From positions 132,396,355 through 132,452,760 of the forward strand of contig NC_068984.1 of NCBI RefSeq assembly GCF_001194135.2: a stretch of DNA of 56,406 bases, read 5' to 3'. The DNA is from Octopus bimaculoides. Its lineage: Eukaryota. The notes beneath the pieces were generated by a model. The model had not been told where the DNA came from. It searched no databases and worked only from the letters and a program-made list of their open reading frames with translations. Below are positions 46,267 through 56,406 of this stretch, piece after piece (positions within the stretch are counted from its first letter, which is position 1; each line of letters opens with the position of its first letter). The position numbers and the translations under genes were made by a program.

Positions 46267-47491
46267 GTAAGTAGAATGCTTGTTTTTAATTGTTTATTTG
46301 TTTCTTTTTTTAATCTCTGTCTGGACTAAGGATTGTGATAAAGAAGAGATATTTATGCAGTTTGAATTTAATTAATGCCATTGTTGTTATCTTTCTCCTC
46401 ATTAAAACTTTTGATGCATTTATTGTCATTATCATAACAACTGTAAGTCACATGGGTTTATCAAACAACCCACATTCATCCTAGCCAGGAATTATTTAAT
46501 ATAATAAAAGAGCCATGACGAGAAAAGCAAGGAGACAGAAACACGCACACACACACACACACATATATGTATGACAGGCTTCCTTTCAGTTTCCATCTAC
46601 CAAATCCACTCACAAGACTGATTGATCTGGGGCAGTAGTAGAAGACACTCCCCCAAGATGCCATGTAGTGGGATTGAATCCAGAACCATGTGGTTGGGAA
46701 GCAAGCTTCGTAGCACACAGTTACATAGTTCCAGTCCCACTGCAAGCATCTTAAGGTGTCATTAATGACTGTGAAGCCAGTTTCTCAACCAAACATCTAT
46801 GCCCTGTTGTTATTACTATCCCTGCCCCTCTTCATGCCTACACCTGTCCATGCTTTAATACAGTAAAAGAGCCATGACAAGAAAAGGAGGCATAGGTCCA
46901 TCAGGAATGGTGTTGATGAATTTTGGGAAGTATGGCAGTTATGAGAGATTCACTGTTCTGATGCTAACAAACGGCATGGGTAGTTTATTCCATGCTTCAA
47001 CAGTTCAGATCTTGAAAATATGTTTCAAAAGTCATGGATGCTGCACTAAATTTTTGATTTTATAAGCATGTACAGAAACAGTTAAGATATTGAATTCAAA
47101 ATTGGCATGTCAGACAAAATGCTTGGTGGCATTTCTTCTGGCACTTTACATTCTGAGTTCAAATGACACCAAGGTCAACTTTGCCTTTCACCCCTTCAGG
47201 GTCAGTCAATAAAATGGAATTCTAGTCAAGTACTGGGATGAATATAATCATCTTATCTCTTCCCCTCAGAATTGCTGGCCTTAAACCCTGCAACAGACTG
47301 GCATCCCATTTAGGGGTGATGTTGTGATCTCAGTTACTTATAAGTCACAGAAGCTGGGTAACTGATCTTATGAATCCTAAGGCTCAAGAAAAAAAAGAAA
47401 AAAGAAAAAAAATTAGTCACTACTTCAACCACTAAAACTTTCAAATTTTAACTGAATACTGATTTTCTCTCTAACTTTTAATCTCTTGCAG

Positions 47492-47544
47492 AAAGTGAAA
47501 ATATTAGAATTTGATTTAGAAAATTTTATTATACATGCAGAAGG
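47492..47544 (+). CDS. ZBTB8OS: Archease exon 7
   Basis: cttgcag|AAA GTG...GAA GG|gtaagt = KVKILEFDLENFIIHAEG. Confidence 0.92.
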
Positions 47545-47945
47545 GTAAGTTAACTTTTCACAGCTCAGATTTTACAATCATTTTATAACTTGCTATTGAA
47601 TAAAACCATAAATCTGGTTTTTATCAGTTCTGTAGGTCTATGTGTAAAAGTGCTATGGGTCACAGCTAAAGACCTTTGTTACTGACAACTCTCTCTATAA
47701 TCAATTTCACACTTTGACAAACTTCACTATATATGAAACCCATTACTCTAACATACCTTATACTAATGAAAAATTCAGACAATACTAAACTTCACATGAT
47801 GATAAATCACATACTATAAAGACCTTTTTGCTATAACAAACATAGTATTTCAATAAACCTCTCAGATCAGGTATGGGGACATGTACCATTGCAGTGTATC
47901 ACTGCATCCACCATTTATCAGTATTTGTTCACATTCTATAGCAAT

Positions 47946-48470
47946 TCATCGTCGTTTAACGTCCGCTTTCCATGCTAGCATGGGTTGGACAATTTGACTG
48001 AGGACTGGTGGACCAGGAGGCGACACCAGGCTCCAATCTGATTTGGCAGAGTTTCTACAGCTGGATGCCCTTCCTAACGCCAACCACTCCGAGAGTGTAG
48101 TGGGTGCTTTTATGTGCCACCGGCACGAAGGCCAGTCAGGCAGTACTGGCGACGGCCACACTTGAAATGGTGTATTTTACGTACCACCTGCACAGGAGCC
48201 AGGCCATCGGCACTGGCAGCGATCTCGCTCGAATGTCTTACTGGCAACAGCCACGCTCAAAATGGTGTATTTTACGTGCTACATGCACAGGAGCCAGTNN
48301 NNNNNNNNGTATTTTACGTGCTACATGCACAGGAGCCAGTCCATCGGCACTGGCAACGATCTCGCTCGAATGTCTTTTCACATGCCACTGGCACAAGTGC
48401 CAGGAAAGCGACGTTGGTAACGATCACGCTGTTGCTATTTACACAATGATTGTGCTCGGACGGTGCTCCA
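47946..48470 (-). mobile_element. SINE family A long variant, minus orientation
   Basis: Reverse complement of the 42880-43338 modules; interrupted by a 10-N gap. Confidence 0.8.
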
Positions 48471-48638
48471 CACTATGGTATATCTTGCAATAAAAACATT
48501 ACACTATAGTAAATTCATACTCTATTGACTGTCTCCCTAACAAAACTTTATCAATCATTGCTACTCATTTCAATATAATGTGTTTTTTAGATATGAATTT
48601 ATAATGTTTTCCTCGTGTTTCTTTTTATATTATTGCAG

Positions 48639-48675
48639 GTATGGTGAAGAATTTGATCTTGATAAGCATCCTCAG
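48639..48675 (+). CDS. ZBTB8OS: Archease exon 8
   Basis: ttgcag|G TAT GGT GAA GAA...CCT CAG|gtaagt = YGEEFDLDKHPQ. Confidence 0.94.
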
Positions 48676-48810
48676 GTAAGTGATGAGGTGAAAGAAAGAC
48701 AATGAGTTGAATGTGAAGCAACAAAATTTAGGGGTACTACTGCTTGTTTAGGTAAACTGAGTGTAATGTAGAGCTATTGTTGTTGAACTCTAGGTCAATA
48801 TTGATCAAAT

Positions 48811-49137
48811 GGAGCACTCTCCATTGGTTACGACGACGTGGGTCCCAGCTGATCCGATCAATGGAACAGCTTGCTCGTGAAATTTACTTGCAAGTGACTG
48901 AGCAATCCACAGGCACGTGTACCCCTAATGTAGTTCTCAGGGAGATTCAGCGTGACACAGAGTATGACAGGGCCGGCCCTTTGAAATACAGGTACTACTC
49001 ATTTTTGCCAGCTGAGTGGACTGAAGCAATGTGAAATAAAGTGTCTTGCTCAAGGACACAGTGCGTCGCCGGGAATTGAACTCACGACCTTATGATCGTG
49101 AGCCAAATGCCCTATCCACTAAGCCATGCACCTTCAC
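48811..49137 (-). mobile_element. Full-length tRNA-derived SINE family C with 11-bp TSD
   Basis: ATTGATCAAAT at 48800-48810 and 49138-49148; tRNA-like head at the right end. Confidence 0.9.
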
Positions 49138-49433
49138 ATTGATCAAATAGACTTATGATCAAAGCCATTTCAGTGTCCTTCATTTTCAATATGGCAGGGT
49201 AGAATTTGAGGGAGACTCGGCTCTTGTTTTTTGCCACAGGGGTAACTATGTAGTGGCTGCTTATTGTGGAGGTTGTTCTTTAGCTCCGTCTCAATCATTA
49301 TGCAGCAGACCTGTATTAAAAGAGATTCCAGCCATGACTTCCCTTCCTTTTGTTTTTAAACCAGAATTACATTATCTCGTGGGCCCTATTTAACTCAGTA
49401 GGGTCCAAAATGTGGGAGATATGGCTGTTATTT

Positions 49434-49800
49434 TTAGGAGGTTGAGTGACTGATTAGAGGTAGTCTGGACATGTGGATGATAGCCAGAATAGTATGGGTA
49501 TCTGAAGGTAGTGAATGGTGGTAGTTTAAGTAGTAGTAAATGAAGATGGTATGGCTACATGAGGATAGTGAATGGTTGGTCCTGATGGTATGGACATATA
49601 ATAATAGTTGATGGTAGCTACTGCAGTAGAAGGTCATGATGGTATAGTCATGTGATAGTTCTGGATGGTAACTAAAATTGTGGTAGGGCATGGCTATGTT
49701 GTAGTGGTGTTGGTGGTGGTTGTGGTGGTTCTAGTTGTAGTAGTGGTAGTAGCGATGGTAGCAATACTGATGCTTGTAGTAGTGGTGATAGTGGTACTTC
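49434..49800. repeat. Decayed (GTA/GTG/GGT)n low-complexity tract
   Basis: Trinucleotide-like GT-rich sequence producing spurious poly-V/poly-T ORFs. Confidence 0.75.
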
Positions 49801-50219
49801 TACATGTGTGTGTGTGTATACACTCATGTAAACCAGTTAGTATTGTTTCATGCCCACGCTTTTGATGGTTAGGCAGGCAAGTCTCATGCGTCACCCTAGT
49901 GTGAAGAATGACAATTCTCCAATTCTAGTGTGGAGAATGACAAGAAAAGGATAATATGACAAGGCAAAGAATACTACAAGGTGTGAATGGTCATCCATCA
50001 TGCCTTCAAATGGAGCAAGGCCCATTAAGATTTTTGTTTCTGGTATTGCTAAGTCTTTACTCAACTTCTATATCCAATTACATCTCTCAGACATACCATC
50101 CTTGCCTTTCATATGAGTCAAGAAAACCCAGGTGAGAAATAAGTGCAAGGATCATCCATGGATCCATGGTGCTTTAAACCAATCCCGGTTGTGATTATTA
50201 TCATCACTTTTCACATTGC

Positions 50220-50279
<60 letters not shown>

Positions 50280-50668
50280 AAGGCGAGTAACCATGTAGCT
50301 TCTCTACAAGAACATGCTTTCCCCTCCTTAACCCTTATCTCCTCACATAAATTCAGTTCCTACCACCACCACCTGTTTGGATTTTGTGGTCCCACGAGCT
50401 GTGTAGCATCCTCTCTAATGCTGGTGGCACGATAAAAGGCACCCAGTACACACTGTAAAGTGGTTGCCATTAGAAAGAGCATCAAGCTGTAGAAACCATG
50501 CCAAAGTAGACACTGGAGCACAATGCAGTCCTTGGAGCCCTCAGATCTATTCAACCTGTCCAGCCCATGCCAGTATGACACACAGATATTAAATTATGAT
50601 GATGATGTTATTCTATTCATAGTTGATTTTTTTTATGACTAATTGTTTTTTTTTCTTGACCTTTGCAG

Positions 50669-50758
50669 GGAACTGAAGTAAAAGCCATCACCTATTCCAA
50701 CATGCAAGTTCATGACAAAAAAGAAGATAATGATATATTTGTAATAATTGATATTTAA
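50669..50758 (+). CDS. ZBTB8OS: Archease exon 9 (terminal)
   Basis: tttgcag|GGA ACT GAA GTA AAA GCC ATC ACC TAT...ATT GAT ATT TAA = GTEVKAITYSNMQV...FVIIDI*. Total CDS 474 nt (157 aa). Confidence 0.96.
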   Translation, partial: GTEVKAITYSNMQVHDKKEDNDIFVIIDI

Positions 50759-50821
50759 TAGAATTTTAATCTTTACCTGCCTATCCAAGAAACTTTTTTC
50801 TATTGTCCTTGTTGAACTGCT

Positions 50822-50827
50822 AATAAA
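50822..50827 (+). terminator. Candidate Archease polyadenylation signal
   Basis: First AATAAA after the stop codon; the region is AT-rich, so a chance occurrence is possible. Confidence 0.45.
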
Positions 50828-51240
50828 ATACTCATAAATTTTTTTTCTAAAATCATGAATTCTAACTACATATGAAATTAAATATTTCATAAACTTTTCT
50901 TTCTGATTCACATTTCATTTATATTCTTTAACAATGTTATTAGATTTAAGNNNNNNNNNNNNNNNNNNNNNNNNNNNNNNNNNNNNNNNNNNNNNNNNNN
51001 NNNNNNNNNNNNNNNNNNNNNNNNNNNNNNNNNNNNNNNNNNNNNNNNNNNNNNNNNNNNNNNNNNNNNNNNNNNNNNNNNNNNNNNNNNNNNNNNNNNN
51101 NNNNNNNNNNNNNNNNNNNNNGATTGGAGCCTGATGTAGCCATCTGGTTTCACCAGTCCTCAGTCAAATCGTTCAACCCATGCTAGCATGGAAAGCGGAC
51201 GTTAAATGATAATGATGATGATGATGATGATGATGATGAT

Positions 51241-51780
51241 TACTTGCTCATTTATGCTCTTGCTCGAGGGGGCTGGAGTCATCCCAGGTTAGTGGTTTCA
51301 GAGGTGACATCATGCGTAGAGCTGACCAGGTCCACCAGTGCTCTTCATCACTGGCGGTCCCATGCCAGCTTTTCTGCATCCTCCAAGATGATGTTGAGCC
51401 TTTGGAGATCTTCCTTAATCATGTCCAACCATCTGGTGCGAGGCCTGCCACAGGGTCTCCTCCAGCCCACAGCTGCTGCATCGAACAAGAGTAGAGCCCT
51501 GATAAGATGATCTGGCAGGAGATGGAAGACATGTCCAGACTAGCATGTGTGGTGGATGGGTATGAGGTGGGAGGCTGTGGGCTGATATGTATGTGCATGC
51601 AGTTGGAAACATGATGGTGCCATTTGATGTTCTTGATGGTCTTCAGGGCTCTGCTATCTAAGACGTTGAAATCTTTTTGCCAGGGTCTTCATGAGGAGCC
51701 ATGTTTCTGCTCTATAGAAGAGAATGGAGAAGACTGATGCTTTGTAGATGTGGAACTTTGTCTTCCAGGAGATAGAATTG
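51241..51780 (-). mobile_element. 3' end of an RTE-clade LINE with (CAT)n tail
   Basis: Minus translation KTKFHIYKASVFSILFYRAETW...GWRRPCGRPRTRWLDMIKEDL...AWDR matches RTE ORF C-termini; stops and frameshifts present. Confidence 0.8.
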
Positions 51781-52559
51781 ATTAACATCTTGTATTATAT
51801 TGAATTCTAATGTCCAATTTCTTCCACTAATGTGAGATGGGTAGTTTTGTAAGGATTATACATTTGTCACAAAAAATTGGTGCAGATGTTTCTCTGTTCA
51901 ATTTGCATGAGCCTGGGAACAGGATGTGCAAGTGCATCCCTTAGAATTTTTGTGGGACGCAAAATCAAAATTTGCACCCCCTACTTACTTTTTGTAGGTT
52001 TAGAAAACTGAATAAAAAGTGCCCTGTAAAAAGTAGCTCATGGTTATGTTTCTTTACAAAGAACAAAAATAAATAAATTTTAAAAAAAAACAAGACCTTG
52101 TAAAAAATTTTCAGACCTGGGTTTACACCCCCTAAGCAAATTTCATTCCTGGGCCAGTGGTTCTATGGACACATTTTCCACTGTCTCTTTTGTGAGAGAA
52201 ATTGATAAATGGAAACTTCAGAAACCTATATTCATGTGTTTGAACTCTTATTTTTCCTTAATCAATCACTCGAGTAAGTGTGCAAGTCCTAGGTTACTAA
52301 GTCATCTTGAAGCTTAGCCTCTTGCTTCCACCTCACAACCATTTATTTCTCACCTTCCTGTTGTCATTACTTCCTCTGGTGTTTCTCTTCTTGATCTTGA
52401 CGTCTTATGTTACTAAGTCCTCTCTATATTTATTGTGTACGAGGCACCTTTTTCCCCTGCTGGTCCTATAATTGAACTGCTCTAATACTGGTGTTATGAA
52501 AAATGCACCCGGAACATACTGTAAAGTGGTTGGGAAATGAATAGAGATAGGGTAAGGTT

Positions 52560-52880
52560 ATCTTGTATTTGTTTCAGTCTTTAGACTGTGGCCATGCTGG
52601 GGCACCGTCTTGAGGAATTTTAGTCAAATGAGTCAACCTTAGTACTTATTTTTTATGCCTGGTACTTATGCTATCGGTTTCTTTTACCAAACCACTAAGT
52701 TACGGGGACGCAACCACACCAACACCGGTTGTCAAACTGTGGTGGTGTTGGACAAACACACACACATATAATATACAAGCTTTTTTTCAGTTTCCATCTA
52801 CCAAATCCCTCTCACAAGGCTTTGGTTGGTCCGAGGCTAGTGTAGAAGACACTTGCCGAAGGTGCCAAGCAGTGAGGCTG
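52560..52880 (-). mobile_element. SINE family A copy, degenerate
   Basis: Tail and body homologous to 24301-24674. Confidence 0.7.
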
Positions 52881-53489
52881 ATCCCACATAGATCCAGTAC
52901 ACTTTGTACTGACAGAAAAAGCATCCTATCAGAGAAACCAAGCCAAATTACATGTCTGAGCACTAGTGGGAATAGCAGCCAATAAGAAATGGCATCGATC
53001 CTCCCCGAGTCATGTAGACCCATAGGGCCGGTTTCCGTATCACATATATTCCACCAGTCTGTCACCGAATTATTTATTTATTCTGGTTGAGTAGACTAGA
53101 ACAATGTGAATTGAATGAAGTGTTTTGCTCAAGAACACAATGCACCGCTTAGTCCATGAACTGAAACCATAATCTTATGATTATGAATCCAACATCCTAA
53201 CCACTAAGCCACGTGCCTCAACAATAAGAAATGGCTTTGACTGTGACAACCATTCTAATCTCTGCCAGGATTATGATATATGTACGCAAGGGTTTGTTAT
53301 GTCTGTCTCTATGTCTATTTTTACATTGACATTCTTAAAAATACAGTGTCGTTGTTTATATTCCATAACTTAACAGCAGGATAAACAGAGATCACTAAGT
53401 AAATAGCATACTTAAAAATAGGTCCTGGGGATGATATGATTGTTTGAAACCCTTCAAATTATGTCTTAGCACCTCTAACACTTAACCCA

Positions 53490-55475
53490 CTGTTCAAGTG
53501 CCAACGTTCCTATGATGTGAAGATCAATCCAACTAAGTGTGTATTCGGCTCTCCCAGCTTGGAATTCTTGGGGCATCTCATTGACGCCAACGGTATTCGT
53601 CCGCTTCCCTCTAAAGTGGAAGCCATCAAACGCCTGTTTCCTTAAAACAGCTCAGAAATTTTATTGATTTAATTAATTATTATCGTCGTTTCATTCCTAA
53701 ACGTGCGGAAAAATTGCTTCCTTTGACCAAGATCTTGAAAGATCAACGGAAAAAAGACTCCCCGATAACGCTGTCTCCTACAGCCATCCAAGCTTTTAAA
53801 TCTGACCTTGCTCAAGCACCCTTCCCCGCTATCCCTATTGCAAAATTGGCATTCACTGTCGATGCGCCATCATCCACCATTGCCGCAGTTTTAGAGCAAT
53901 CTGTCAACAGCCGAAGCCAGTCATTGACCTTCTTTTCTCGCCAGTTGAAAAATGCTGAACTGAGATACAGTGTGTTTGGTAAAGAACTCTTAGCAATTTA
54001 TCTAGTGCTGAAGTATTTCTCTCACCTTCTCGAAGGTAGAGATTTCACGATTTTCACCGACTACAAACCGTTAACGTTTGCTGTTTTGCCAAAACGGACC
54101 GGTACTCGCCCAGAGAAACACGGCATTTGGACTACATATCACAGTTCACTAGTGACATTCGCCACATCGCTGGCACTGACAACATCCCCGCCGACGCCTT
54201 ATCTCGCCTGCCTGTAGGTGCATTGTTGACTCCTGCTTCGATTGATTTGGTTTCTATGGCTACTGGCCAACCCTCCATGGACTCTCTACACGTCTCTTCA
54301 CCACAGTTTTCCTGCTGCAAGTTTGAACACCTGCTTCTGCGTTTTTCTGAAGGAACTATTCTCTGCAATGTTTCTACCGGATCACCGATACCCCTCGTAC
54401 CTGAACATCACCGTCGTACTGTTTTTGAAGCACTGCATTCACTGTCACACCCCGACATTGCGGCCACAGTAAAGCTTATCTCGGTCTGCTTTTTCTGGCC
54501 GAATATGCGTCGGTCTATTACTGCTTGGTCGGCGTTCCAAGGTGCATCGTCACGTGAGAGCACCTCTTGGGCACTTCCAGCCACGGGACACTAGGTTCCG
54601 TCACATACACATCGACCTGGTTGGTCCTCGGCCGGTCAGTTGCGGATTTACTTATATATTGACCTGCGTCGACCGATTCTCCAGATGGTCTGAAGCCATT
54701 CCTCTTGTGGACATTTCTGCGGAAACAGTCGCTATAGCATTCATCTCGAATGGATATCTCGCTTCGGAGTACATTCTACAATTACTACTGATCGTGGACG
54801 CCAATTTGAAGCCTGCCTGTTCCGTGAGCTTTCGAGATTGCTCGGCGTTCAGNNNNNNNNNNNNNNNNNNNNNNNNNNNNNNNNNNNNNNNNNNNNNNNN
54901 NNNNNNNNNNNNNNNNNNNNGTCAAGGAGGATTTAGGCTACTCCTCCGCTGAGCCCCTGTATGGCACCACCTTAGCACTTCCTGAATAAATGTTGACGCC
55001 TGTCGACTTACCGAATGCGAACCTCACATCTTACGTCACGCGACTCAGGTCATTCTTTGCTGACTTTCCACCAATGCTTCCTCGCAACCAGTCTATTTCT
55101 TCTACAGTACCTCCAGATATTTCTACTTGGACTCAGGTGTTTGTAAGAAATGATGCCGTCAAGGGACCGCTCACACCTCCCTACATTGGCCCCTATCGCG
55201 TTCTTAGAAGCACACCGAAACTGTTCACTGTGGACATTCACGGAAAAAAAGAGACTGTCTCTATCGACAGAGTAAAAAAAGTATTTTCCGAAACATTTAT
55301 GCCACTTGCTAATACACCCATCATTCCACAAACACTGCCACCCTCATTCCCACAAGCACCACCTCCAATCACCAAAAAACCATCTACACAAACGCATTCT
55401 TCACCTTACAGGACACGTTCTGGCAGATCGGTTCATCGGCTGAAGAAATTGTCTCAGACTAATTACATTTCTTAA
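53490..55475 (+). mobile_element. Decayed Ty3/Gypsy LTR retrotransposon pol (RT C-terminus, RNase H, integrase, GPY/F)
   Basis: KCVFGSPSLEFLGHLI, NYYRRFIP, FFSRQL...YSVFGKELLAIY, FTIFTDYKPL, GTDNIPADALSR, HIDLVGP, TCVDRFSRW, PPYIGPYRV. Domain order is RT-RH-IN; several frameshifts; one gap. Confidence 0.93.
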
Positions 55476-55509
55476 CTTTGCCTCGCCAGTGACTATTCCG
55501 GAGAATAGA

Positions 55510-55815
55510 CTTATGTTGTTAAAAACACTGCATTCATATTTTCTCCTTTTCTGTACTATTGAACATATATACTTTGTTCTATTTGATTGGACACCTTTCT
55601 TTGCTGAACGTTTTTTCTTTGTACATACTTGAATTGTATTTTTTCAATTGTTCATACAACTGTTTTGCCATGTTTCATTCTTTTGTGCCCTCCTAGCGCA
55701 CACGTACTTCACATTCATACAGATCGTGTTTTCCATTCAGATGTGTAGATTAACCATCAGTCGCATTAGTTTTGCTAGTCGAAGGGAGAGGAAGCGCAAA
55801 CTATGGTCACTATCG
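55510..55815 (+). mobile_element. Possible 3' LTR of the Gypsy element
   Basis: Follows a degraded purine tract (GGAGAATAG) and starts TGT. No second LTR in the window to confirm it. Confidence 0.3.
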
Positions 55816-55841
55816 TTCATTCCCTGACCGACCAACCGATC

Positions 55842-55941
<100 letters not shown>

Positions 55942-56406
55942 TCTCCGCTCACTATTCCTAAGATCGATGAAGTATAGTCCTCATGCACTTCATCCATAAG
56001 GTCCTATGTGAAGCAACCGTCATTTGATTTTCCAGCTGGAATCCCAAGCGCGATTAACTGAGACTATAAGTCTTACCCAACCATCACGTTCTTAGTCTAC
56101 CCTTAGGTCTCCTGCTGTGTGGCTCGGCTTGAAGAATCTGTTTTGCAATTCTTTCTTAAGACATTCTAATCACGTCTGTTGTACAAGATTTGACTAATTT
56201 TTTTTTTTTAATGTTTTAAAAGAAAATCAGTAACAAATCAGATATTTGAAATTATATTTATTTACAGAATAAACTATATAAAGCAAAAGTACAGGAGTGT
56301 AAAGTTTTAATGCCTTTCTTCTTCTTCTGTGTGCTGTTTATCAACTTGAAATTTACGGAAAATCTTGGTAAATTTTTTTCTTGGAAATTAGCATTTTTTA
56401 TTTTTT

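Noticed and set aside
48267-48340. 32-bp direct repeat
   Set aside because: Flanks a 10-N gap; artefact.
49434-49894. ORFs rich in Val, Thr or His
   Set aside because: Products of a decayed trinucleotide tract inside Archease intron 8.

Overview
Eukaryotic, AT-rich, intron-rich animal genomic DNA with several N-gaps. The SINE families and microsatellite tails look like an octopus (coleoid cephalopod) draft assembly; this is an inference, not a database match. Three protein-coding genes can be rebuilt by hand from splice sites. (1) The 3' part of a plus-strand Expanded/FRMD6-type FERM gene has 8 visible exons (1096-11910), the TSGIVS Slimb/beta-TrCP degron and a long Pro/Gln-rich tail; its 5' end lies upstream of the window and one exon start falls in a gap. 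(2) A complete minus-strand IQCC-like gene has 4 exons and 307 aa (27361-33847). (3) A complete plus-strand Archease (ZBTB8OS) gene has 9 exons and 157 aa (33928-50758). IQCC and Archease are head-to-head, with only 80 bp between their ATGs. Archease has an 11-nt microexon followed by a textbook U12-type (minor spliceosome) intron, and DHPAD replaces the usual DHTAD motif. The rest is tRNA-derived SINEs, LINE fragments (RTE, CR1/L2/Jockey-like, R4/Dong-like), MITEs, a Helentron-like element, a mariner fragment and a decayed Ty3/Gypsy pol. Two short repeats embedded in (AT)n fold into minimal type-I hammerhead-ribozyme shapes with non-canonical cores, one with a G3-C8 swap; these are the best candidates for something undescribed. 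Most other ORFs in the supplied track come from repeats, gaps or antisense reading.
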